Positions 51,621-64,000 of a stretch of DNA of 64,000 nucleotides are shown here, piece by piece. Below the pieces are notes generated by a model. The model was not told the DNA's origin. It did no database searches and saw only the letters and a list, made by a program, of their open reading frames with translations. Source of the stretch: Tubulanus polymorphus (lineage: Eukaryota; Animalia; Nemertea); the NCBI RefSeq assembly GCF_964204645.1, contig NC_134027.1, positions 26,002,560 to 26,066,559 of the forward strand, read 5' to 3'. A program made the position numbers and the translations under genes. How positions within the stretch are numbered: position 1 is the first letter of the stretch; every line of letters starts with the position of its first letter.

Positions 51621-53618
51621 TGACACCGGGTTAAAAGACGTCTCCTCCACAAACTCCACGACCAAATTTGATGATTCGGTTTGATAGCCTCAGATACGCA
51701 GGCACATACACAGACTGACGGACGGATGGAACAAAGTTGTGTTTTGTAAAATAATTAGCGAATGGATATGTTTTGTAATTAGTCTAGTAATCGCTGGTGA
51801 ATCTATACGGCGATCGAAATCCGTCGTCGTCGTCGATGACAAGGATTTTTTTCCGTGACGTCGCGCGCCGGGGTTGATCAGTTGTTTTTCTCGGCGGACA
51901 CTATTACAACCGACTAATCACGACGGATCTATAACTTATCCCATCTCTTAATTGCATTTGCATATTAAGCGGCGTTGTTCGTCCGTACATTTATAATAAA
52001 CGGTTCGGTTTATTAGTTTTAATTTCGCGGCCGTCAACAGTCATAGTAACTCCGTAGATTCCACCGCCGATCAATTATTCGGATTTAATTACTCGGTATA
52101 TTCTGGATACCTGCGTTTAATACTAGCATTCTTAAAGGCTTAGTCGAGTTAATTGCCTTCCATTAATTGCGTAGTGTTTGTAGTGTATACGAACGTTCGG
52201 TTCGCTTGGACAACGTCGCAATTTCAGTCGGTGAAGTCCACCGGGCGTATTGTGATACGGTCGACATGTACGCGATGACTCGAAGCGTGTAATCCGCTGC
52301 TTCCGTATGATATATAGATAGATGATAGATATTATAACCCTGGACGCGATCGGTGCATCAAAAACTGTTTTTACTCGAATCGTCCGACAGTGTTTTGTCT
52401 TCTAAGACTATCAATCATCGACGACGGTCTCTAGTCAGAGTAAAGAGGCAATGTTGTGTCGATTGATTTTAATTTTCGATGGATGAAAATCTGCATTTAA
52501 TCTCGTAAATTTTGTATATTTTAGGTTTTAAGCTTATAATCTATTCTCCACGTCAGAGTGGACCTGGCTTTCCTACTATCATCAATCCTTAAAGACGAAA
52601 TGGAAATGATTACGTGTATGGGCCAGTTGTCGCTTAGATGTGGGAGTAAAATAACCCTTATGACCATTTTGATATTTGTCAGTTATATTGCTACATTTTA
52701 TGGTAGTCGTAACGTTGGTGGTTTGGGATTTGCCCACAGGGGTAAACTTTGATATGCTATTTATTGACCACGCATTTCTTTTCAAGATGTGATTCGCGCA
52801 AAAATGAATAAATTTCTCATATCAATTTTGTACGATCACATGGAAAAGTTAGGGATGGCCGGGTAGTGGCTACCGTGGGTAAAGAAGTTAAAAAATGATT
52901 GCGTTCTTGTCTGTGTTAGTCTAAAATCTGAGTTGGCTTTGTATAAGGTTACTGTATATAACTGAATGATGAATTAATTGCGAAATATCAGATATAGCTG
53001 TAAGAATCTCAGATATTGATTTCTCAGGAATTCCATGATACCTTTCTCTCTCTCTCTCTCACACGTCAAGCGGTTTGGTTCTAATCCGGCTGCATAATGA
53101 TATACATCCCTTATGAGAATGCAGCTTCCTAATTGATGTGTAATATGAATTCAGCTCATCTACACACATACCACAATTATCTTATACCAGGGAAAAGTCA
53201 CAGAATTTGATTTTTGGTGTCTCGAGTGGTTTACAGAAACTCAGCCTCTACCGAGGGTGCCACTTAAAATCTAACCTAAACGTCTATAGATGAAACTGCC
53301 CCCACTGTCTAGATGTCTTGTCATTTTTAATCAGGGAATTCTAGAATCGTCGTTCGGATCCACGTGTATCATTATTTTACCGACACCTACGTATTAGTAG
53401 ACTCGTATTATTAAATCTTCCGAATCCGCGACGAACGAAGCCGTTTTTCGTTTCGAATAATTAGGAAAATACCGGGAACAGGTTTGGCCATTAAAGAATT
53501 CCATCCGCGTTTTGAGTATCGATTTTTAGAAAATTCTTTTTTTCCCGGGCGAAGAAAATCCGAAATCGGCTGCAGTTCGGTCTTCCATTACGGTATATTA
53601 TTATTATAAATCATTCAC

Positions 53619-53724
<106 letters not shown>

Positions 53725-53849
53725 AAATAGATAGATAGGGATGTGTGAAATTATAGAGTAGTAGAACTACCGTACGGAACTGTGGCGCTGTCTCCTCGCT
53801 CTCATCCTCGTCGTCGCCGTGATAGATTTCAAAGTGATATTTATGTATA

Positions 53850-54749
53850 ATACGTTCCGTTGTCTCAGAGAGAGGAGAGAGAGAGAGTTGGTGAGAGAAG
53901 TGATTATTACCCGCGCTTCGGCAATCGGATCCGATTGGTGAGCGCGCGTGGCTGCTGTATGCAAATTAACCTTAAGTTAATGATTATCTATTGTACGACG
54001 ACTACGACGACGACGGTGGTGGCTCTCGGGGTCCGCGCAGTCAGTCGTTATTACGCGAGCAACGAACGACCGATCGAGAGAGAGTACAAGCGAGAGAGAG
54101 AGCTGTTGTGATTGCGTGCTTGCACTTGCTGCTCAGTCAGATCGCGTTCAGATGGTGGCTGGATCTGACTGCGAACGCACATAACTGCACACGCGCTCGC
54201 TCGCTCGCGCTTCAGTCACCGGTTATCATCGACGCGCTACTTTCACTAGTAATAATCTCGATCTCACGAGAGAGAGAGGAAGAGAGCGAGTTTTGATTCA
54301 TCCGTCTGTCGTCGAAGTGTCCCGTCGAAAACACGACTTGAAAACTTTTGAAATCGACGACGCACGACGAACTCGACACAATCCGACAACCGAAGCGGAT
54401 AATTCGAACAACTCGATTCTTTTTTTTTTTTGAGCGCGAAATAAAAACGTATCGCCGATACCCGCGTCGCTGTCGACGAGCGGAAGAAAGAATCGTCGTT
54501 TCGATTGATCTTTAAAACGCGGAAAGTGTGGATAAGTTTGAAGAAAAAGGGATTTAGTTTTTTTTTTTTTCCGATTTTTTTTTTCTCGTCGGAAAACCGT
54601 CGGAGAATTCGTCGAATCGGTCGCGTAATCTGGAATTTATTAATCGAACGAAACAATTTTTCTGAAATCGCGGACGGAAAATTTTAATCGTGGTTTTTTT
54701 GAGTTGGACTTGATTTAAACGTCGTGGATATCTTTACTGGTAAAATCAG
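53850..54749 (+). promoter_or_regulatory. Candidate promoter and long non-coding first exon
   Basis: GAGA tracts, ATTGG (CCAAT box) near 53934, octamer ATGCAAAT near 53959, initiator-like TCAGTC at about 54041, 54133 and 54212, very CpG-rich leader ending at consensus CAG|GTAAGT (54749/54750). Confidence 0.55.
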
Positions 54750-57400
54750 GTAAGTTGTTACTTTCATTTAGCTGTTCTGCTTCTTATTTGTTTCGCGCCA
54801 TGAATTTCTCTATCGGAAATATTTGAAGATATCGATGTCTAAAATTCTAATATTTTTAAGTGGCTTTTTATGCCATGAAATGCCATGATTTTCGACTATA
54901 GTTAATCGACTGAACTTAGAGAGAGTATGATTAACTTGAGAGATATCTGATCAATTCTTTCAAATTTTGTGAGAATAAATCTAAAGATTTTGACGGAGTG
55001 GTCGCCTCTGACCTGGAAAACTCAGGGAATCAGAAAAATCTAGATACGATTAGGGAAACACGGGGATTTTGACTAATTTAACCAAAAACCCGGAAACTCC
55101 TGGGAATTTGGATAATGCTATTGACCACGTGTTTCTATGTCAAGTGATTCGATGAAAAATGGATGAATTGAAACATTTTGAAATCTAGCAATTTCTCTGA
55201 TTCATTCGGGGAATTTTGTGTAATCACATGGAAAAATCGGGGAAATCTCGGGTGATTTGTGAATGGCAGAAAGTGACCACGCTGTATAGTTACACATCTA
55301 AACTTAGATATGACGATAAACTTGATGCTTTGAATAATTATTTTGGGATTTTGCGGAGATAAATCAAAGATTTCTAGAATGTGTAACGATTTGAAATAAT
55401 CTCGACGTTGAATTACGATGAAATCTGACTGATTAGAAAGTCCAGTAGCGGAATTCAAGCGAGTGCGCTTAAAGTCGATGTAGGATTTTTCATGAAATAT
55501 TAGAAAGAGCGAAAAGGGCTCGATAGATTGAGGCGTTAACGAAGTGAGATTTCAGTGCGGTTTCGGGATCAAGATTAGAAATGAAAACCCGGTCGAGCGA
55601 GCGTCATAACAACGTCCGTATATGCGATTCCGTCCGTTAAAAGCTTACCCTTTCATCATTAGTCATTAGTCATCGGTATCCATTTTATGTGACCTCTTAT
55701 CTTAAGACATTGGCTGCAGTGAGAGAAAAACATTCATTTTATGCGCAAGAAACGCTGATAAACCCCCATGGCTGGCGTTTGGGGTTTATCGTTTCCTGCT
55801 TATCGATACGTACCCATCTCTGCCGACTTTAGCCTTCAATTAAACCAGACAAAAGCCGTTGCGAGGTTCGACATTCCTGTCACATCTTCCCGGCCACCGC
55901 GTTTTACGCCGTATCCCTTTTCAGTCTTTAATACAAAGCCTTTAATGAGTGGCGTATTAATGTCGAAAGACGCGGATATATTTTTAGCCGGGATTTCGAA
56001 GAAGGGCGCTGGCAGCACCGGTTATATCTCGTCGTATTTTATGTATTTACGCCTTTAGAAAGTATGAACGCGTCGGTTCGCAATCCCCGGGTTTAGAATC
56101 CGTGCGTCATTTTTTCCGTCAGCTATCGACGTCCGCGTAAAGTAGGATGGAATCTTTGAGCGCTAACGATTCACTAGATTGTACTCAGTAAAAATGTTAC
56201 GACGGGGAAAAATCATTTTCAGCCTGTAGACGATTCTGTAGGATTCTATTTTTTTTTTTTTTGTAAAAGTGTATAAAAGAAAAGTGAGAGATTGTCGCGT
56301 TGTAGGTTTGAAGGTGTTCGGTTTCGAACTAGAACAATGTGGCGGTTTCTTGAAGAGAAAATTTTCAAACGAATGATCCTCCTTAACTGTTTAATCGATA
56401 ACTGATATAGATATCTCAAGAATTGATACCGATCGATACCGCGGTTATCAGCGCCATGTTCCCTTCTTGTAGAAACCACCGCGAAATCATTTTCAGTTAT
56501 TTTCTAATGAATCGTTGTATGAGTTTTGAAGTAGAACGTTCAAAGATTTCGAGGATTCAAAGTATAGTCGAAGATGTCTTACGGGTTTCCTTTATTTCAA
56601 TTGAGAACGACGCGTATAAAATATCACACACGTTGCATCTATACTGAAAGTGAAATACCGACGAGAACGAACGACGACGATGTTTCTTGGATCAGCTGCT
56701 CGAATTCAGTTCAATAATTATTTCTCATTAGCGAATTAAGGTGAACCGGCGACGGAAAGCACCGAGTATCAGATTGTGAACTTCCATCTTGTCGTCTACA
56801 GGGACTAGAAATGCAAATAGTTGTCATGTCTTATTTCGCCGGAAAAAACCGACTGGAATTTATTCGATAAAACGCGACAATGATCGACGTTCCAGGTTCT
56901 CAAGGTTTATTTTATTTCATTTCTTCAGAATTCTCCGATCAGAATTATCTGCTGCTATCGGTTCCCTATTTCGTTTAAAGGTCCTCGAGTTTCTTCAAAT
57001 TTTCGTTTCGTGGGATCCTCTCTTCAGACGTGGATATCGGATAGTTCTATCTGATGTTACGCGCAAAAAACATCGCAGCGGTTAGTGAAAGAACAACCGT
57101 TAAAATAACTCGATTATGTGGCTAGAAAAGATGATACCTTGTTTCTACTGAGCGTGGCCCAGCCGGCCGCCTATCTACCCCATATATTACTTTAAAGAAA
57201 ATCGTAATCAAGCTTACAATGATTGTCCAGGAACCGATTACAAATTTGATTGCAGTTTACAAAGTGACCTAGCCGGAGAAACAAAGAATAATTTCTTTAG
57301 CCTTACAGGTTGAGTTGTTGATAAGATAAAAACCCACTATGTACAAATTAAAAGAATTCTGAAATCGAGAATTTATTATTGAAAAAATCTAAAATATAAG

Positions 57401-57446
57401 AACGCAAACGTTTCGATCTCGCCCTAGAGATCATCGTCAGGTGTGT
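57401..57446 (-). ncRNA. Hammerhead-core motif, second family
   Basis: Minus strand CTGACGA-T-GATCTC-TAGGGC-GAGATC-GAAAC-GTT; helix I poorly paired; degenerate relative at 21378-21411. Confidence 0.45.
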
Positions 57447-59114
57447 CGGGTTGAGTTGTTGTTGGTATTGTCGGGGTTATCATCGCTGCTGTAACTGTGT
57501 CAAAATACCCGAATCCAGTTCAACCGTAATGACAAGTTCATTGCCGCCGATGTTAATTCAAATATAAACTAATGATAATTTATTAAGCTTGATTTGCATA
57601 AAAAGTTGATTATTGCGGGTTAAGTCATCATCGGTTTTGTCAGTATATGATCGTTGCAGCTGTACGAAATCTGCGACTCAGCTCCGACAGGTCATTGTCA
57701 CCGTTTAATACTAGTATTTAATGATAATTGATTTAGCCTAGTTGCCACGAAAAGGTAACAGATTATTGCGGGTTAAGTCTTCGTCGCGTTTGTCAGTTTA
57801 GAGCTGGATAAAATCCGCGACTCGGCTCCACTGGTTCAATGCCAATGTTCTAATGCCGGTGATAATGATAATTAATCGGCCCGATATCGTAAATGCATGA
57901 ATATATAATAACCTTCTGATAATCATGAAAATATATGCAACGTTTATCAAAATAAATAATGGTTTTAACGCACCGAAAAGCTGTTCGTCGGGATTAGTGC
58001 GTTTTACGTATTAATCTAGAAATTCATATTATTATCAGTTATGAACGGAGTCAAATTTCAAACGACAGATCCTAATATCTAGTTACAAATGATTTGCAAA
58101 TCCCCTGTTAACGGGTTTATTCGGTGGTAAACATTTACCGTTATCTGATTCTTAAAAACCTTTTGCTCGGATGGAAAACCTCTTTCCGACTGTGCGCGTT
58201 AACCCTCCTCATCGGCTACAGGTCTGTATCGGTTCGAAAAATGCTACGTCCAGAAATACTGATAGATTTGAGACGTACCGAGTTGAGCAAGGCTTTCATT
58301 ATGCGGTGTCGCCATCTGGTGATAAAATCCGGAACTAAGTTGAAACTTCACACACACAGTTGCGACCGCGCGCAGAGAGAGGGGGAGAGATGGGGGAGAG
58401 CTTCTCTCGACAGATGCTGAAGTAATAATTACATTAGGATGGAATGATTTCTCCTGACACTTCGCTTCGAATATGATAACGAAATTAAACATTTTACAAT
58501 TTAATTTGTCAGTTTTCGAATCGAATTAATATCTCGAAACCTCGAAACGCGATCGCGACTCGAGAACGGTTTCATCGTGATCGTAAAGAATCGGTGGACA
58601 TTTCGAATTATTCGAATTAAATATCCGAGATTTACGTTCGTATATCGTCGTCCATATCCCGAATAAAACCTCACCTTCACCTGAGAGTGGCTCGGATTTT
58701 TTCCCCATGGTCGGTTTATTTATAAACAGTTCGAACTGTGGAAGGAAAGCAGCAGATTGCGCAGGTAATTAGTAGCAAAGTAAACAAACTGCATGTCTCA
58801 GCCTTAATGAACCTGTCTGATTGTTTTTAAGCCGTCGTGATTGATCGCTGATTATTTGCCCGCTTACTAAAAAAAAAAACCCGTCTCCATATAAACCCAT
58901 TCGTTATTTTAACGGTTGCGAAGGTTTCAAATTTAACAGATTTAAAACAAAATCAGTTTTTAAATTTAGCAAAAAATACTTTGAAATGAAAAAAAACAAC
59001 TAATTTCTAAATTTTCAGCTTCTATGCTATTAGTTGTTAGTGGTTTGAGTTTCATTCCTAGAAATATTCTTTGTTTCTTTTATTTCGGAATGCATCCTCG
59101 TTGTTGATCAACGG

Positions 59115-59256
59115 GTCCTCTCCCTCCCTCCCTCCCTCTCCCTCTCCCTCTCCCTCTCCCTCCCTCCCTCTCCCTCTACTTCTCTACTTCTCTACCTATC
59201 TCACTCTCTCCCTCTCCCTCCTCTCTCCCCTCCTCTCCCTCCTCTCCCTCTCTCTC
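59115..59256 (+). repeat. CT-rich polypyrimidine tract
   Basis: (CCCTCT)n-like low complexity. Confidence 0.92.
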
Positions 59257-62200
59257 TTGTTGGCAAAAAAACTTGTAAAGAAAGAAAGAATTTCTCTAGT
59301 GCCGTGTTTTCACTATAAAACATTAGTATAAATAGCTCGATGCATTCACAGAGTTTCGAGTTTGATAATGAATCGAAAATAACTACTAAACTACACACAA
59401 CGAGATATCCGCGCTGCAGCTCGCTTCGACCATCAGCTTGTTGCGTTTTTTTTTTTCGAGCATCATCTCAACATTTTTAAACCCGCTGGCCTCCCACATG
59501 ATCTCGCTGTATATGTATATATATGTATACATGCTCGAGGCGTTTAATCACTTAACTACAAGCGTTTTAATTAAAACCAGCCGATGAATTTCATTTTCGT
59601 TTTGTGTCTAATTGCGCGCAGACCAGTCAGATCTCATTACTCTAAATGTTTTTCAGTATGTTAATTGCCAGCGTTGTTTGATCCCGGCTGCCGAAAGTTT
59701 CAGACTGCATGTTTGCGTGTGTATATGCGCTGAGAAAGTCTGGGTCAGGAATTGAGGCGAGGTCATCCGGCGCTATAGTAGCGGATTCTCCGCTGTGTCG
59801 TCGCGCTAGTATCTTATCGCGCCGAGGAGGATTACGGTAATCTGTGTGTGGTTAACAGCTTGTTACAGTCGGAACACAGGTGCGTTGCAGTGCTACACGA
59901 CAGTCTCTCTCCCCGTACAATGCGCCGTGCTCTCTCTCGCGCGCGGTATGCCAGTACTCCTCGTCCGTTCCAAATCTGGAATTATATCTCGCGGAATAAT
60001 AATGATTTAGGATTTAGAGGCGCTTTTTAACAAAGGTAGGGTTTCTAGTATAAAGAATAGGCAGCTTTAGAGTTATAGACAGTTTTACGCGGGATATAGG
60101 ATTTTGCTTACGAACGAAGTTTCAATGAAACTTCGAAGTTAATCCTGTATCGATTGTGAAAAGTTTCTATCGGTATAATCTGACGCGCTAGTCAGAAATC
60201 TGTGTCCTGTTTCGAACTCCTCAGTCAATATCTGATGACATTCGTTTGGGTTGTTGTGTTTGACGCGGGGGTAATATGACTTTCAGGTTATAATTCGACA
60301 TCGCGCTGTCCCCGAGGATCGCTCATTTTTCTGCCGATGATGATTCAACGTTTTGATTCCTAGATAACGTTATTCGAACTCTCGGAAAGATTATATTATC
60401 ATTCGTACAGAGAATAACTCGATGCTGCTTCGCGTCAAACGGAATCCTCTTCAATTGATAGGTGTTTAACATCAAACTCCCGCTGCTATTTATCGGGTTC
60501 ATACGATCCCGTCCAATCGCTGAACTGTTAATTATCTTACCTCAAAATTGTCAAGTGGTAAGTCTTATCAGTGTGGTGTGTGTGTGTGTGGGAATGAAGG
60601 TTTATCAGTCGAAGTTTACCTGCGGTAATTAAGCTTTTACCTGATAAGAAGACCAAAACACATAGCAGTTTAGTTTTGTACGTACAGAACTGCTGTCTAT
60701 GCGGCGAACGAACGAATGAACGAATCGTAGCTGATTTTTTTGAGTCGAGGAGAGGTTTCGCATTGTTGTATCAGGTTTGCTTCCATCTTTTCTTTATTCA
60801 AGCTCGAATAATGTTTAATACGAAATATCAAAATATCTGATGTATCGATGACTGTTTTAGTAGATGTGGAATTACGCCGTAGGTTACAGTGACGGCGGTG
60901 TTACCGGAGTTTCAGCGAGAATATACGAGTCATTGTGTCGTGACACATGATCGGTTGGTTGGCTCGGGACACAAAGTAAAAACACATCCCTCGAGGGAGT
61001 AAAAATATACAAGGTTGTCGTAGCAGTAATAGCAATCACTGGCTCGCTCGCCTACACCGGGGTTGAGGAGACGGGTTGAGCTCGGCGCTAACGCTCGCTC
61101 ATTAAAAACTGTCATACTGAAATACGAATAATTACCAGTCTGCGACTACGACCGGCTGGAAACTAAGCCGTGAAGATTAACAGCGGCAAAAATACGATTC
61201 CACCGTAGTCCACCACACCATCATTGTCATTAAGCCTCGGCGATCGCCATGGTTTCAGACGCTTAGCTATTGTTTTCTGGCAATGACACTAATTAGCTGA
61301 TATACGACCAAATGTGATATTAGTAGGAGCACTGCTGTAGTCTCACTCACTCACACACACAGCATCTCTCCGACCTCAGCAAGGTGAGTAGTGTGAATCA
61401 GTGTTCCTACTCATTCAGGCTATAAATCAGATTGTTTTTAGGTTACAGTCAAACTCGCTTTTAAAGTCGACGCACATTACTGAACTTGTCTTTTTTTAGT
61501 CCCAATTTGTATTTCTAATTCAATGTACTAAGTACAGTAAGTCGTCATCCGATAAGTCATCACATTACGCTGAAGTTGTGTCTATTGTTGAGTTTAAACG
61601 TGTGCTTAAAATTCGATTTATTAAGCATAAGTCGTCTACTCTGTACGAGTATGTCATGAAACGATGCGATGATATTTGATTTGGAAACTGTGGGATATAC
61701 GTATGCCCCGGGAATGTGTCAGTTCCCGGGAATGTGTCAGTTGGGCTGTGAAACCACTAGAGCTATGTTGTCGATTTATCATTCTCATTTAGAACTGATT
61801 TCATGGTTTTGGATTATGATACGATATGGAAAATTATGAATACTATCATTTAACTATGATACATCGGTGGAGAATTTATAAATACATGTGTTCCGTTTCA
61901 CCTAGACTCGATCGGAATACGTTCGAAAAACTGTCATCAACATTTACAAAATTTAAAGGCGTGAATCATGAATTAAGTCTAAATTTAGCCCTAGTCGTAA
62001 CATTCGGCTATGAATGAGATTTTAATCAGGCTAATAAATCAGACATCTTTAACTCATTTTAAAGAACTTTGTAAATAATGAGTCACCGCATTGAAGAGCA
62101 GCCCTGTCTATACATACCTGATGAAATGCTGATTAATATTTTGATATCGGGTCAAGATTTTCATGTTTGAATGCGCCGTAATGTGTGCACATAAATAATA

Positions 62201-62419
62201 CACTTCTATTGATATAAGCATCCTTCATTGGTTGTGGCTCTGTAAATGATTTTAAACGTTTAAATGCCACTTGTGTTTACCTTAATTTCAAATGATATGC
62301 AGAGTTTATCTTCTAACCGAGGACCGAAGTATTTATAACCTAGATATCCGAATATAAAGAGACTCGAAACGCTTTGTTCAACGGCTCGGTTTTTTTTAGA
62401 ACGTATGAAATGATGCGAT

Positions 62420-63070
62420 AGATATGGGTCTTAAGCGTAAATCTTCGACAATTGAGGTTAGATCTGAAAAACTGGAAATTATCATAACGGCTGCAGTTAG
62501 AATTGCGATAATTCGAAAAGATCTGAAGTGGAGATTTATTGAAATAATTGCTCAATAAGACAAGGAAAGAAATAGGTCTATCACTCTTGCCCACCCCCTA
62601 CTTTTATCTAGATAACAATACTGTAGGTATTTATGTTCTAGAATCGCTATATGCTCAGAAAATTATCAATTTTTATGAATTTCCTTAAGACCCCTGAAGT
62701 GCTTGCTCTTATGTAGCTTACAACTAAGCCTACGATAGAACTACGACTAGGCCTACTGGATTATGCCCCCTCCCCTCTTGTTCTAAGTTCCTGGATCAGA
62801 CCCTTGTTGGGTTATAGTTCATACTGGACCTCCAACAATTGAGGTTACAGTTGAAATTACAGCTAGAATTGCAGAATTAGAAATCTAAAGTGGAAATGTA
62901 TTGAAAATTTGCCATGAAAGACGAGGCAATCAATTGCCCATTACTCTTGTTAAAGCTGGGTTCAGCGATTCAGGTTTTACATCTGAAAAAAAGAATGCAA
63001 ATTCATATTTGAAGAGATAGAAATTTGATCGAACGATTGAAAATCTGGAGTAGAATTGCCCATCACTAAT
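62420..63070. repeat. Two to three diverged local copies of an about 150-bp unit, interrupted by other repeats
   Basis: Recurrent CAACAATTGAGGTTA, AG(T/C)TAGAATTGC, ATCT.AAGTGGA.AT.TATTGAAA, TCACTCTTG blocks. Confidence 0.6.
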
Positions 63071-64000
63071 CCAGTTATAGGAGTCGGAAAGATAGAGCGT
63101 TTGTTACGTCGATATCGGCCGGTCCCGTCGGTCAGTCCCGCGTTTAGTGATCGCTGCGTTCGCGATCCTTTCCGGCGTTAAGACAAAAATCATGGCCGAT
63201 CGTTCGGGCCGTCGAGGCCAGTCGTAATTAAAACAGCTAGTCACAGTCGCTATGGCAACGGCTTTCTTAATTCTCTGATAATATTCGTCGAGTACTGTGA
63301 AAAACATTTGATAGAATGGTCCTTAATCCGGCAACCTCGCCAGATCAGATGTCAGCTGAGTGAGGACAGTTTAACGCTACGTGATGAAACTACCGCCGCG
63401 CGCCGGCTCAAATACACGAGCACTGATTCAATAATTCAAACTGTTAGACGCCGTCGTCGTTCACGAGCTAACCGTATTTAGAACGTTCTGAATTCCAATT
63501 TGAAATGGACCAAACGTTCATGTCATTTAACAATGGACCGATTAAGACCGATCAAAAAGGCCGATCGTAGTATTGTGTGTAGCTGGACCAGTGATTGCTG
63601 CTGATCTGAAAACAGCTTTGATTTGGTCGGACTACTTAGACTACCTAGAAGTAGTGTGAACCGTTTGGAGTTTTTGTCTCGTCCTGCAACGGACATACCT
63701 GAGATTCTTCATTGCACATTCTTACCACTCATGAGTGAGTGGATCCAGTCGGTGTATCGAGACTCAATACCCTCGAAATCTTTTGAGTGCCCATTGGAGT
63801 TTGCTGAAATGAAATCTAAAAAAAGAGCAATTTCTTAAATGCAAGGGCATAATTTTGTCGAAAAACTGTTCAAAACTGTATTGCCGGAATCAAGCCCTAT
63901 CTGTACCCTAGAAATATTTGGGAATAAGGACCTTCAGATTTTGATTGCGCCTTCTTGACCGGAGAAACAATAGTTGTTTGTGGGGTCTGATACCTTGAGA

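Noticed and set aside
52725-52891. Possible second piggyBac-like MITE ending GTGGGTAAAGAAGTTAA
   Set aside because: Left end (TTTGCCCAC) lacks a clear TTAA and terminal bases; boundaries cannot be supported.

Overview
AT-rich, intron- and repeat-dominated animal (invertebrate-type) genomic DNA; not prokaryotic. Only one protein-coding segment is recognisable: a 547-bp minus-strand exon (10844-11390) of a CYTH-family thiamine triphosphatase (THTPA). Its terminal coding exon was not identified with certainty. The rest is a mosaic of CpG-rich, TAAT-rich unique blocks alternating with CpG-poor blocks of MITEs (PIF/Harbinger-like with CWG target duplications, piggyBac-like, CAGGGG-terminated), LINE and tRNA-SINE remnants and about a dozen minisatellites. 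Almost all other ORFs in the track are artefacts of tandem repeats or chance. Most notable: (1) dispersed palindromic elements carrying minimal type I hammerhead ribozyme motifs of the Penelope/retrozyme kind, including a 3x67-bp tandem array at 19422-19620; (2) nested MITE insertions with an empty-site paralog inside the window; (3) minisatellites visibly seeded from MITE sequence; (4) several candidate alternative first exons on the + strand (47.6, 54.7, 60.0, 61.4 kb) pointing to a gene beyond the right edge. All calls are by eye, without database searches.
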